A stretch of DNA of 64,000 bases from assembly GCA_013239625.1 (NCBI GenBank), contig MU053881.1, positions 12,166,879 through 12,230,878 of the forward strand. Reading direction: 5' to 3'. Positions 25,960-38,924 of this stretch are shown here, piece after piece (positions within the stretch are counted from its first letter, which is position 1; each line of letters opens with the position of its first letter). The notes beneath the pieces were generated by a model. That model did not search any database. It worked only from the letters and a program-made list of their open reading frames with translations, and was not told the DNA's origin. The position numbers and the translations under genes were made by a program. The DNA comes from Lama guanicoe (lineage: Eukaryota).

Positions 25960-26534
25960 TGAATCTATCCAAGAAATCGTACATAACTGCACTCTTGATG
26001 ACAAGTTATATGCCCCTTCTGGTTACACCTTTGTGTGTAATTACAGAGGAGAACTATGGGGTTATGAATGTCTAGACAGTTGGCGTATGGCAGGACAATG
26101 TCTTCTGGGCTACCAGAGCATTCCATTTCAAGTTTTTTTTGTTAAAGAAAGGAAAGAGAAAAAAAAAAAAACCCAACTGCAATCTCACAGGCCTCAATAA
26201 AACTTGACAACCCTCTTTTCAAGCTCCATCTACCCTCCATTGACTACCATTGCCAAAGGATTTGTCCCTTAGGTCGGTGTGATCCATAATGACCTATGGA
26301 TAAAGAATTTATTCCTAACCATAGTGGAATTAGCAAACCCCACTGCTGGAGCCGTGGCTCACCAGCCAACAATCCTTGGATTCCCTAGGAAGGGTTGTAT
26401 TAGATAATGGAGTAACACTCAATTATCTCCTTGCAAAACAAGGCAGCATCTGTGCCATCAACACCTCCTGCTATACCCGAATCCATAATTCTGGTGAAGG
26501 TGAATTAGAACCTGAGAAAATTACAAAAATCTAG
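25960..26534 (+). pseudogene. env: ERV env remnant (SU C-terminus and TM ectodomain)
   Basis: LYAPSGYTFVC...WGYECLDSW...GQCLLGY; TM QSLDSLGRVVLDNGVTLNYLLAKQGSICAINTSCY (from 26370) is an immunosuppressive domain plus a degenerate CX6CC of gamma-type Env. Confidence 0.88.
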
Positions 26535-27161
26535 GACACCTGGGGAAAAGAAGGAGCAATTCCAAACTTTTGGGACACACAAATTCTCTCTGTATTCACC
26601 TTCCGTTCACTGCAACACTGTTTCTCTTTGTATTTGTACATCCTCCAAATAAAACTGGTTAAGTTAGAATGGCAGGAAACATGGGAACAGTAGCCAAACA
26701 AGTAATCTTATCAGAAAATGTGAGCCTCTTTCTCCCAGGGTCTATATACCAAGAGCACATAAGGACTCTACTGGTCTTTGCATGGTTTGAGTCCATGCTT
26801 AGGATCAATTTCTGTTGCCAGGGAAATGGATAAACAGAACCTGACCAAAACTCCAGCCATTCCAGTGTTCAGGAGCCGAGGTGCACTACCCAAAAAAGGG
26901 AGATAGAAAGGCTTGATGAGCAGACCAGCAAAGAGCTACTACCATCCACTCTAGCTGATTAAACATGATCCTACTAAAGGCTGTCCAGACGTTTTACTCT
27001 CAGTAACACAGGAAAGGAACATTGTGTTGTAGTGGGGAGAGCAGTGTCTCATTTTGTTTGGCTTCAAGCATCTCTCTCCCACTGCGAAGGAAGGAATTTT
27101 CAAAAAGCAAAGCAAAAGGACATAGAGAATATACACTTAGCTTATTGAAGTGGGAAGAATC

Positions 27162-27381
27162 TGAGTTTGTCCTTAAAATGTAAATATCTGAACCCTTTTA
27201 AAACCCCTGAAAATGAGGTAACAAGAGAAACACCTGTCTGATAGGTTCACCAAGTAGGTTATGTCTTTATTTCACATGTTTTTTTCTGGTAGAAATGCAA
27301 TCTGACCTCCAGACTGCCCATAAAATCCAGGTCAAAGTGGGCTGAGTTATACAGATTATTAAAACTGACATAAATCTAACA
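27162..27381 (+). mobile_element. Probable shortened 3' LTR of the ERV (MER34-like ending)
   Basis: Follows purine tract gaagtgggaagaa (27147-27159); begins TG; ATTAAA at 27358-27363; ends aatctaaCA. Confidence 0.5.
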
Positions 27382-27779
27382 TCACTGAATGCTTACCTTT
27401 TCCACTATACCAGGAAAAAATCTGGAAGAAGCACTCAGATTTTACTTTCCCATACTGCTTACCTAGAATTTTCCAGCCATCCACGGAGCAGAGTTTAATT
27501 TTTTTTTTAGAGATAGAGAAAAATGAAGAATTAAAATTGTAATTAGAAAAATTGCTTCAATTAGAATTGCACTTCAAGATGCTTGAGTGGATGGGCTAAG
27601 TAAGTTCAGGCACCCATTAGTTTCCAAACTGAATTAAAATATATTGAGTGCTAATTCAAAAATCCAAGGCAGCCAGCTGGAAGAGAATGGGGATCATCTG
27701 GGTCTAAAAGGGTAGTGCAGACGCCACAAAGCAAGGAAAGATGATGGCATTTTTGCTGACCTGAAAGAACAAAACAGAA

Positions 27780-28140
27780 ACCTGAAAAGCTGCGAGTAAT
27801 TTATTACAGCCCATTATACTAATATTGCTGTTTACTCCAAGCCTGCTTAACGGGGGGTCCCTTTTGATTCTGCACAGCACAATAGACCAGTTCGAACCTT
27901 CCTTTCTGCTCCTACTCACAGGAAGCCCTTTTTCTCAGCCATTTGCTGTGAGCAGCAGAGATGACCTGTGGTAATTGCTGAAGACATTTTCACCCATATT
28001 TTTTAGCAAATGTAATTTCCTTTTGATGCTGCCACATCTTCTCCCCACCCTGCTGCGACAACGAACTCCAATAATCACGCGACTAACATTCAGATAGAAA
28101 TCAAGTAATGCAGCCAGCTGTATCACAACTTTTGACTTTC
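27780..28140. promoter_or_regulatory. Candidate conserved non-coding element
   Basis: Repeat-free; TAATttATTA palindrome at 27797-27806; SOX-like cacaatag; several retained CpGs. Confidence 0.35.
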
Positions 28141-28319
28141 AACTTTGCACTTACTTGGTTGCACATATTACCACACTGGAGGAAATGGAAAACATTTTTT
28201 TCTCTAATGGAAATAGCTTTTGGCCTGGGGTGAGGCTGGTGGAACTGTCCTGAGCTTTAACTTTCTTTTTCTTCATATAATTTGGCTCTAACAAAAGTCC
28301 TTTTTAAAAAATGGTGAAT

Positions 28320-28540
28320 GGATTTGCAAATGTTACCCACTATATATAAAAACAGATAAAAAACCAAATTTCTTCTGTATGGCATAGGGAACCATATTCA
28401 ATATCTTTTAATAACCTTTAATGAAAACGAACATATGTATGTATATATGCACGACTGGGACATTGTGCTGTACGCCAGAAACTGACACATTGTAACTGAC
28501 TATACTTAAATTTTTGAAAAAAGGAAAAAAAAAAAAAAGA
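28320..28540 (+). mobile_element. Short L1 3' end
   Basis: Highly similar to 22107-22330 (gatttgcaaatgtta...gactgggacattgtgctg...gacacattgtaactgac) plus poly(A). Confidence 0.92.
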
Positions 28541-30529
28541 GAATGCTTTTCTGTAGCACACATTTTCAAAGCACCCTGTGATTAAAATACTCATTAATTA
28601 TGGTCTTGAAGAAACAAAACAGCCCTTGTTTTTAAGACTGTCCTCCTAAAAAAAATGTGCAATATACTGTATATACATTTTTACATGCAATATAATGTGT
28701 ATGTGCAGTCGAACTGTAATAATCCTATGTAATAAAACTGAAAAGAGGGAAAAAAAACTATCCTCCAAATATTCTGTACCTTTAAAGTAAAAACTTTTTG
28801 AAGGAAAGGTAAAGGAAAGAGAGCGGAGCAAAGGGCTGAATACCAAGAACTGTATAACAAAGTACTCCAAAACTCAGAGGTATAGAACAACCATTTGTTA
28901 TGATTATGGATTCTATAGGTCAAAAATACAGACAGGACACACAGGGACGGCAGAAGCCTCTGAGGTCTGTAAGCATCTGAAGGCTCACTGACTCAGCTAT
29001 GTGGCCATCAATGGTAGCCAACAAGTGGAGAATCTAGCTGTGACTAGTGTTCCCTGGAGTACACACCCATGGCCTTCCTGCTTGGCCTGGGCTTCCTTAC
29101 ACAAAGGTCAGTCTGAAACCAATATGATGTCTCCCAAAAGACCGAAACATGCCAAGTCTTAATAGCATTTGCCCAGACACCCAGGGAGTTGATGGACTAC
29201 GATCTCACTGGAGTCCAGCTAAGAAACAGAGCCCACCACTTGAATCAAGGTTCACTCCCATAACGTCATCTTGGGAAGGCAGAAGAAAGTCTGCTTAAGA
29301 AGAAAAAATAGACTTGATAAGTTTCTGAACTTTGAACTGACTGAATATTTACCCTTAAGAAGATTGTTTTATACCCAGAGAGTTTGAGTTCATTTTAAAC
29401 ATGAAGTATAAATATCTTACGTTGTCAGCAGAAATGGGAGTCCAAGAACAAGATGAGATCAGTTATAAAAATCATAAAGAGAGCCACTTTATTTTCATGT
29501 CTATGTTGAAGCCATAAATGGTTGGCCCTACTAAACTAGGAATCTGTTTAAGTTTTCAATACATTAAGAAATAAGCTCTTCCTTAGACCATTAGTTACCT
29601 GAGGTGATGACTTGTGACTCCTTTCATCCGTTTAATCAAGTTTTGTTGAATATCTACCACCATCAAGGCATTATACTAGGCACTTAAAATATAGAAATAA
29701 AGGACACAGTCCCTTCCCTCAAGGAGTTCTGAATCCAGAGTCTATAGTATAAAAAGAAAGAAAAAATTATTTTAATAAGGGAGCTCCCTTGGTCCATTCA
29801 CACCAAAACAAAGATCCTGTAAATGTTTTAAAAAGTTCAGGAGGGAATGAAAGAATCATCAAAGTTGTACTCAAATTAGGGAAACATGCCAAATCCACAA
29901 ATGGTTTACTATTATCGGTTTAGCTCAGTTAATGCAGACTAGCAAGAAAGTCAGGGTAGTGGATTCATTTACTTTGAAGCCCAGTTAGCTCTGCACATGA
30001 CAAACTCTGTCCCAAGGCCACAAACTCCATTCCTGTTTCCAGTCAGTCATCATCTTGAAAATGCACAATTAGAAGGGCGGATTTCCAAGTGTATATGGTT
30101 GAAAGGCACTCATTCTCACTTTAAGAAAATATCTCAATATTAAGAGCTTTTGACTGTCACTCTGTTCCATTAGGTCACTGTGAAGCTAGGGAGAGGTGAG
30201 ACAGGTCAATTATGAGCCCGCTTGGAAACCTGGATGTACCTTATTCCACCAAATCTAAGATATCATCAATTAACAGATGCTCCACTATTTTATTTACCAC
30301 TAAGAAATACAAATGGCATCAAATGAACTATGACACTCTGCTAAAACATTCCCACATCCCAAGTTCAGCAATGTAAAAAATACAAAAAGAAAATTGTAGC
30401 TTATAATCAATAAAATATGGTAGGTATCATTAAAGAACCCCTTATCGATCCCCAGGGAGAAATGATGAGGCAAGCTCTTCAGACAATTTCACAATGGAAA
30501 TTCTTAAATAAGTAACAATGATCTTATAA

Positions 30530-30800
30530 TTACCAGCAGGGAAGGGAGGAATGGAGGGATAAATTAGGAGTTTGGGATTTGCAGATACTAACCACTGTAT
30601 ATAAAATATATAAACAACAAGGCCCAATAGCACAACAAACTACATTCAATATCTTGTAATAACCTATGATGAAAAAGAACATAAAAAGGAATATATATAT
30701 ATGTACATGCATAACTGAATCACTGAATCACTATGCTGTACATCAGAAATTAACACAACATTGTGAATCAACAATACCTCAATACAGATTAAAAAAAAAA
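30530..30800 (+). mobile_element. Short L1 3' end
   Basis: gagggataaattaggagtttgggatttgcagatac...aattaacacaacattgtg then poly(A); TSD-like aatgatcttataat / aatgaccttcaat. Confidence 0.9.
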
Positions 30801-30809
30801 TGACCTTCA

Positions 30810-31270
30810 ATAGTTTTAGGATCCAAAGTCCTTGCCACAAGCTTCAGTACAGTCTGGTTTGCAGCTACTGCTGTGGCTCTTCCGGGGCACCCTGTCCTTC
30901 ACCTGCTCTGCTCCAGCCTGGGCTTGTGTTGTACTGTTTCCTCCACCTGACACTCTCTTTACCCAGGGCTTTGCATAGAGTGACTCTTCATTTCATTCAG
31001 GTTTGCAGTGAGTGATCACAACCTCTGATCATCCTATCTAAACAGCCCTTTCTCCTTGAACAGTTCTTGCTTTATAGTCAGCTTTACCTTCTGACAGGAC
31101 ACTCTACAGCGGTCACTTACCCCTCCTCAAGTAATTACACATTTATTTGCTTTCTTGTTGATTTTCTATTTCTCCCACTGAAATAGGTACTTCATGAGGG
31201 CAGGGAAAATGTCTTTTCTCAATGTTAAAAGAATGCCTGACACATAAGAGACATAAGAATATTTGAATAA
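30810..31270 (+). mobile_element. L2 3' region
   Basis: ccagggctttgcat, catcctatctaaa, cttcatgagggcaggga...aatgcctgacacataagag...aatatttgaataaatg. Confidence 0.7.
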
Positions 31271-34200
31271 ATGGCACAGTCATCTAAAAGTAGAAGAGCT
31301 AAGGTGTTTAACCTAAGGCTCCGATTAGCATAAATGGAGAAAGAATTTTTAATGTGAAATTGGGTGATACTATTTGAGTAACCCTCCAACCAAGCCCCTA
31401 GAAGATTTATTCTTGATGTTTTCAGGATTAGGGACAATTAGAAATTGAAAAAGCAAATCTACAGTTGCAACATAAGGAGGACCTACTGAGGAGCCAAATT
31501 AAAAAGTGTTAATACTTGTGTATACAGTTTTCTTCTCATCCCACCAGGGGACTCTATACACCACTGGCTTTGGGAATAACCACGTCACTACAGATAAAGG
31601 AAAGAGAGATGACAACAAAGTGATAACTTTTAATGCTATGAAATAAGGATCATTTGAGAATCAAGGGATATAAATAAGGCAACACAATGCCCCTAAAAGG
31701 TGCCAGGGCCATCCACCATCAGGAAAGCAGTCATTTTCTAAGTGCTTACAAGTACCAGGTCCTGCAGGTGGTATAGAACGACTTGGGTGGGCTAACTCTA
31801 TTCATTTCCCACTACCTCTTAACTTTCCTTAGGTCAGTCACATGATTTAAAAAAATTAAGCACTTTTTAACAGGACACAAAAAGAGAAAGAAAAAAAAAT
31901 AAAAGTTCATTTATCCAGCGCAAGCCCCCCTCACCAATTCTTCCATCCTTGGCTTCAAGAATAGAGCGTACCATGCTTTGCAATGGATGTAGCTCAGAGT
32001 GGTCCTGATGTTATGATTCTTCCAGAAACATCTTTCCTATCCCTGGAGGACCTAAAGGACTTGAGTAGGGTCTTGGGGCTTTTTCTTGATGTAGTAGATG
32101 TAATAAAAATTTCAAAAACTCTAGCCTATATCTAAAATTCAGAGTTTAAAGGACCTCTCACAACTTCTTTCCACCTGAGCAGAACCCTGATGCCTTTCCT
32201 CCAAAGGTGACACATCAGAATGAAGGGGAGGAAAAATTCCTCACCGGGTTATTTCATCCTAAGACCCAGGAGAAAAGACAGGCTGGTTTTATTGGCTCAA
32301 CTACTTTATCTGATTCAGAGACCTAGGAATAAAAGCTTACTAAATGACAGCCCTTCTCTGATATCAGGCTGTTGACTGGCACAAAATTATTTTTAAATTC
32401 ACTGGCATATCTGCAAAGTCACCATCAAAAATCCTGGATTTAAAGTATGATTAATTCATTTTATTTTATCAGAAGAAAAAAACTAAAATATAAAAAGTTC
32501 ACATAAAACTGGGCATGGGGGGGCGGGGCGGGAGGCAGGTGGGCACTGTGGGCTTAAACAGTTTGGCTTCAGGGTTAAGTCGAGTTTGCAGGCAGTTGGG
32601 AGGTACACCCAGCCACCGCCTGGCTCACCTCCACCTCTAAGTCTCGCTTCTTCCTAAAGGAGAAGGGAACAGCGCTTTGCAAATGGGTCTCTCATAATCT
32701 CTTCATTGCAATTGTTCAGACTCAGAGAAATTCAAGAGTTAGCAACCACAATAATTGGTACACTTTCCATTTTGAAGATGAAGACATGTTCCCAGGACCA
32801 CATAGGTGGTGAACAGCAAAGCCTAAAGCCAACACATCTGTGGTCTTCACCCTAAGCTATCACGTCAAGGGGAGACACATCAGAGAGACTCAAGGTCAAG
32901 GGCAGGGAACAAAGGAGCTGACATCACCGGCTTGTGACATCAGAGAACTACTGTGGGATGGAAGGGACTAAGCAAGAGGGGTTTCAGTGACTCAACCAGA
33001 TTTTAAATATTTCAACCACTCGTAAATCGGCGATTCAAACTGACTCTAGGGTGTTTGTTCAAGAGCCTCCAGGTATGTCTCAGAGAACGAACAGGAATGA
33101 ATCTTTACTACCCACCAAACCTACTTTTTTTTTTAATTGTTGAAAAGTGTTATTGTTACTATTAAAATTTAATGCTACAGATATAGAAAAATCAGGGGGA
33201 TTACACATTAAAAAAGTGAAGATTAGGTTCTTCGGGGGAAACTGGGGTGTTAATTATGAGTACCTTTTATTTTCCACATTATGTATCTCTATAATGTTTG
33301 AGTTTTTAACACTGAGCATAGATTACTTTTATACTTGGGAGAACACAAAGTGGTTTGAATTTTTTTAATCATTGCAAGAAAATGAAAGATTAGCAAAAAT
33401 GTTTACAACATATGAGTCACTAAAGCAAAGTAAAAGACTTCTAAAGTTTAAAAACATAAGTGAAGACACTTCAGCCGAGGAAGAAAAGAGCTGGTGTTTT
33501 AATTACCAGTCCTCTCTAATTTCATTTTTCAGAAAAATAGATAAGGTACACTGAGAAGAACATAAGAGGAACGAAGCCACTTTCTTATTACTTGGAAGAA
33601 GAGGATTCAAAAAGAACAAAGGAGCTCATTGACAGGTCTAACTATAGACATGTTATTAGAAGGGAGAAACAAAAAAGGAGAATTCGGAATCACAGACGTT
33701 CGTTTTATCTGTCACGTTTCCTTCTTCACGGAGGCACAGTGAATTTGCAAGCCAGCTCCTAAAGATGAGTGGCCAAGGAAAACACAGAGAGGGAACAGGA
33801 ACCAGCTATTCCCCCTTGGAACTCAGTCAATTAAATGCAGCCCGGAAGGGATCTACTCTAATATCAAAGAAGCTGTCAGGGGATCAGTTCCCCAGAGTTT
33901 AGGGTTAATGATGTAGAGCATGGCAGCCTGGCCAGGAGCAGAGAAACAGAAACCACCGAGAACAGGTGTAACTAGAAAAGACCGAAATAACATAAAATAA
34001 GCATTTCCCAGAGTAATGGAGGACCTTGGGCAAAATCCTCTGCAGACATGTCAGCATATCCCCTCCTTGCAGCCGTCTTCAAGAGTTGGGTTCTCCCACA
34101 TTTAGCAGGCTTTACTGTAAATCAAGGTTTCTGTACCTAAAATCATCATCAACATTGAAGAATGACCTCCCTTGATACCGTTCATAAGTCCTGGGGTATT

Positions 34201-36769
34201 AATACAGTAGACTCCAAAGTAAGTCCCTCTCTCACCCAAGGTACAACTGGCAGCATCATGTTAATCCTGAAGTTTTTATATAAAAGAGCCCCAAGATGAA
34301 GGTCACTGGTAAAGATGTACCTAGAATCCTGAGTGTGAGTTAATTACCCACCAGCCTACTGTCCACTTTGGTGAAAATCAGCGACCAACACAAACGGAGA
34401 CAAGGTGAACCACCAAATGCTAGGCCTTTGCTTGCTATGGTCAACAGAGCCCTCCTTTTAAAGGGCTCCTCTGCAAAAAGACTCCCCCACTATTACCCAG
34501 GCCACTGGAGAAATGAAATGGGAAAGAAATACAATGTATTCAAATAAATAGGCAAACAGACTGCAGCCCATGTTTAGTATTTCATCTTTTAAAGTTACTG
34601 AAATTCATAGGCCACTTGCCTTTTTGGTTTCATGCATTTCATTTCCAACAACATGGCAGGCCAGATGTCTTGCAAGTTCATTTCACCTGAAACCAGTACC
34701 CTCCCCTTTCTCACCTTCTCCTTCCTCACCACAATCCAGGAGTTATCCTGATCGTCAGTATTTCTCTTAGCTGTGCACACTGAGAAAAAAAGGGGGGTGG
34801 GGATAAAGGCCTACGATGCCCTTTCAGCCTTTGAGAGATGCCATGCTTTTCATTTTATTCAATTCTTTTATTTAACCATCTTATTAAACTATTTGGTGGT
34901 TTAACTTTTTCATAATCAGTAAATGTTAAGTCAGGTAATAGAAAGGCCATCTGAGAGACAGACAGAGGCCTTTGTTAACCTTGGCTGGAATTACTCTCTT
35001 TGATGGAAATCAAAGAACAAACAACTCGATAGAGCTGTAATAGGTCCTTAGGAGGGATGATAAAAAAAAATACACTGTACTCCTCAAAGCAGTCATGGAA
35101 GCCTTACCATTACTTAGAGCTTAATGGGTCTGAACATCGTAGTGAGAAAGGTATAAACTACTTCTCCCTTTTGAAAAAAAGTGTTAGCTCTTCTAGGGTA
35201 TCATTCAGAGAGTCAAGCAAGCCAGCTTACTCAATGGTGCATAAGTGGCCTCTAAAAATTAATGGACCTTTCAGAGGTTGGTACTTATTACCTGATGCTG
35301 AGGTCTGGGGTTAGGCATTGTTGAGAGAAGGAAAAAACAAAAAAAGGTGGGGAAACACAGATGCTCTCCTTGGCAAACTAAAATGAGTCTGAGCTTTGCT
35401 ACAGCCTGTTAGCTAACTCTGAGTACAAATGGCTTTTGTAGATGACATTTATTTAGCACTTACTAAATGGCACACATCAGGTCCACCCCCTTTGATGTAT
35501 TAGCATATTTAACCCATTAAGTAAGTGCTGTTATGTTTGCTTTACCAAAGGAAACTGAGCCTTAGTTTTTAAAAGTGGTCCAACAAATCCGCACAGAGAA
35601 AATGTTTAGCACAAGAAGGAAAAAAAAATACGTAATGAGAACACTAAGCATTTCTGTCTCTGGACAACTGCTTGGAGGCCAAAAAGCCACTATGCCTCTC
35701 AGGATAGTAAATGGCAAGTCAAAAATGCTTATCAGTACACAATCTCAGGAACATCGTGAATTCCAGCCACGGACTTCACAATAAACCACAAGTAGCAACA
35801 GAGAATTTAACACCAAGGGAAAACCGCAAGCAATTAATATGAATAACCTCACATGGACATTATAAAACCATATTTATGAGTCTCAGACTCACACACCCTC
35901 TGGATCATGACCCCAGAAGTTTCTGTAATGGCAATAAAGCAGGATCTGATTAATGTGAAACTAAACTGTCACATCTGTGCCCTTTTATTTGACAGTCCAT
36001 CATGTAAATGCAACAAAACTAAAACAGAGAAATTTGTCAATGTTCGTGGTGTTTGGCTCGGAACTTCTCTACAGACCCAGTACTCATAAGATCTGTTTGA
36101 AGTTTCTAATCACTATCAAGCTGCCAAATCCTTAATGAAGGCAATGAAAAGAGTAGTCATTACACTTGATCCGTTGGATTTTCACCTTCACCTACAAAGG
36201 TCCTTTGAACCGGTCATGAACCTCTACCTAGGCTTTAGTACCTGCACAAGAGAGATTAAATTACTTTTCAGCAAGTGACTTAAAAATAACAGGGTAAAAT
36301 AAACACACACACACACACGCATGTATATATGTATACATGTCTACCTACTTGCATGCGCATGTATTTATGTGCTGTTAAAAAAATGACAAGCTTCTGCATG
36401 ATAATAATTTCAAGTGTTTATATGACCAGCAAGCCAAATTCTACAGGTTATCCACTTCAAGTGCCATCAGCAGTAAACAATCTGATCCCCACCTTACTTC
36501 TCCACATTGGGACCATCTAGACAGACGAAGGGATGGCCGTGTAAGTCCAGCCTGCAAAACTTGCTTTGGAAGGCTGTAAAAGGACATGACCAAAATTTTA
36601 AAAATCAATGGCATGTACAAGGTAATCAATTCATTTAAGTTTCAAAACGCTAAAGCCAAAACACTACTGAAATGTAAATGGGTTAAGTGCGTGACAAATA
36701 AAAGCACTACCTCATAGAGAATGTAACAAGCTTAGAAAAATAATTATCTTCTCCCCATCCCCCAGGGAA

Positions 36770-37032
36770 AAAGAACTTGAAGAGATATGACAACTAAATA
36801 TAATGGATATGGGAACAAAAAAACAAAGGCATTAGGTAAAAACTAAGAAAATCCGAATAAAGTACGATTTTAGTTAATACTGTGTCAATATTGGTTCATT
36901 TATTGTGGCAAATTCATTCTAGTGTGAGATGTTAATGACAGTGCAAACTGGTTGTAAGGTAGAAGTCTGTACTCTTTGCAACTTTCCTGTAAATCTACAA
37001 CTATTCTACCATTTTGAAGTTTATTTTGAAAA
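36770..37032 (+). mobile_element. L1MC-type 3' end
   Basis: ttaggtaaaaactaagaaaatccgaataaagta...ttgcaactttcctgtaaatctacaactattcta. Confidence 0.8.
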
Positions 37033-38339
37033 ATCTAGCAGGGATGATATTTTTTTGGCAAGCACAAACATGTAATCTCTACATCTGCCCAAATGGGAGG
37101 AAAAATAAAGCTTATCTTCTTTACTTCCTCCAGGCTCATCTCAAACAACTTTCTCCTTTCTAGCCGTGGTAGAACTCCCTCCAATCTTCAAGGATGACAT
37201 TTCCTATGATTCTGGACACGCTGTTCTAGTGCCAGAATAACGCTCTCCGATTTTCACTTTCTCTTCTGGCTGCAATAACCCAAAAGCTTAGCCACACATA
37301 CAAAAAAGCCATCCTGAGAGAAAAGAGGGGCATATCCAATCTTTGTTTGACCTTGGTAGGAACTACCTGAAAAACAGCCCTGATTCATGATGCAAATAGA
37401 GAGTGGGGATTTTTCTCAACAAGAGACATAGAAGAGGCTCCAGTATTAGGAATTCCCTCCTGTTTCGTTCTGGATGTCAACTAGGCATCCCCTGCTACCT
37501 AGAGCCCAAAGCTGCCAGCTCCTTCGCTCCAGGTTGCAACTAGAAAAGCAGTAGAAATTGTCACTAACCAAAAGGCCGGAAGCCCTCTGAGGTGGAAGAT
37601 TCCAGTCTGCAGAAACTGTGAAACTGATCCTAATAACAAGTAAGGACTGCTGCTGGCGGCGGGCACTGCAGAGCTGTATTCCCTTTTCTTGTTTAAGCAC
37701 GAGGAAATAGATACCAATACTTTTGATTTCCACAAACCGCTAGAGGAAATATAACCCAAACTTCTCTAAAGGGATAAACATGGGAGAAATTTTAAAAAAC
37801 ACTAAAATTTAAAGAAGGACTGATTACAAAACCCAAGGTAAGTGGTGGAGGGGAGGAAGGCGTAATTTTACATGACTTTTCCCCCTTTGAGGACCTAGAA
37901 TTGGTGTCAGATCAAAGATGTTGTCAGCTTCCTTGTCTTCTCTGCTGCATTCATTACCCTTGTAATTATTAATATCCGCGTTCCCTCCTATAATACTGCA
38001 GGGATCATTCCACTCTCTTAAATCCCCATGACCTATCTTAGTGTTGTTTCATAGTAAATGGTTGGTATATAGACTTCCTTATATCTCTTATCTAGTTGTT
38101 TAACTTTCAATGCAACCACGTGTATACTTTTTAAATTCTATTTCCTGCTCTTAATAAAGTACTTAAATGAATTTTCCTTCAGGGGCCTAGCTATCTTTTC
38201 AACGGAATTAAAAAAAAAGTTTTAATTATAATTTCTCAATCTACATTATACCAAATGACAAAAGGTTTTAATCAGAAATGTATTTATAATTAATTTGGCT
38301 TTTATTTTAAAAGGCATAGAAAATGTCTGTCAGTCACCT

Positions 38340-38760
38340 TTGAAAGACCTGGCTGAATGACTCAGACATTCCCGTTAATGCAGCCACAGGGAGAATTAAA
38401 TATTTAGGAGTGTGGTGGCATCTAGTTTGTCAGAACAGTTCCATTTAAATTATGCTCCCCCGTTACCAATTGTAGCTGATGATTTAATTAGGTGGCTGGA
38501 GTAAGTTAAAATGATCATTAATAAGCTGTGTTAATGTCATCAAAATTTCTATTCTCCAGAGTTGGGGGAACAGCAAGGAAAAAAAAAAAAACCCTGTCTA
38601 GTGAGGAAAATGGCCTATTTCTCACAAAATTCACTGGTTTTTTCCCCCTCCAGTAATTAGCCTTGTTTTGTTTGGTATGTGCACACTAATTACAGCAACA
38701 GCTTTATTTTGCTTTGTCTAAAAGATTGCTTCATTTGATTACATTTGCAGAGTCTACATA
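38340..38760. promoter_or_regulatory. Candidate enhancer (AP-1, TEAD and homeodomain motifs)
   Basis: TGACTCA at 38358-38364 next to ACATTCC at 38366-38372; three TAATTA sites. Confidence 0.35.
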
Positions 38761-38924
38761 GTGTAGCTATTATAAAGCATCCAAAAGGACAATCTTGGGT
38801 TCTTTTTCTAAAGTATTCATAGAGCTATTCTTATTATTTAAACTGTATCAAATAAAGAGTATTAAAAAAACTAACATGCAAATAAAACTAAGTTCTTTAA
38901 AGACAATACATCACAATAAACTTT

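Larger units (their letters stand above)
22878..27381 (+). mobile_element. Decayed class I (ERV1/gamma-type) endogenous retrovirus, 5'-truncated and internally deleted
   Basis: Collinear remnants of gag, pro, RT, RNase H, IN and env, then a purine tract and an LTR-like end; many stops and frameshifts. Confidence 0.93.
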
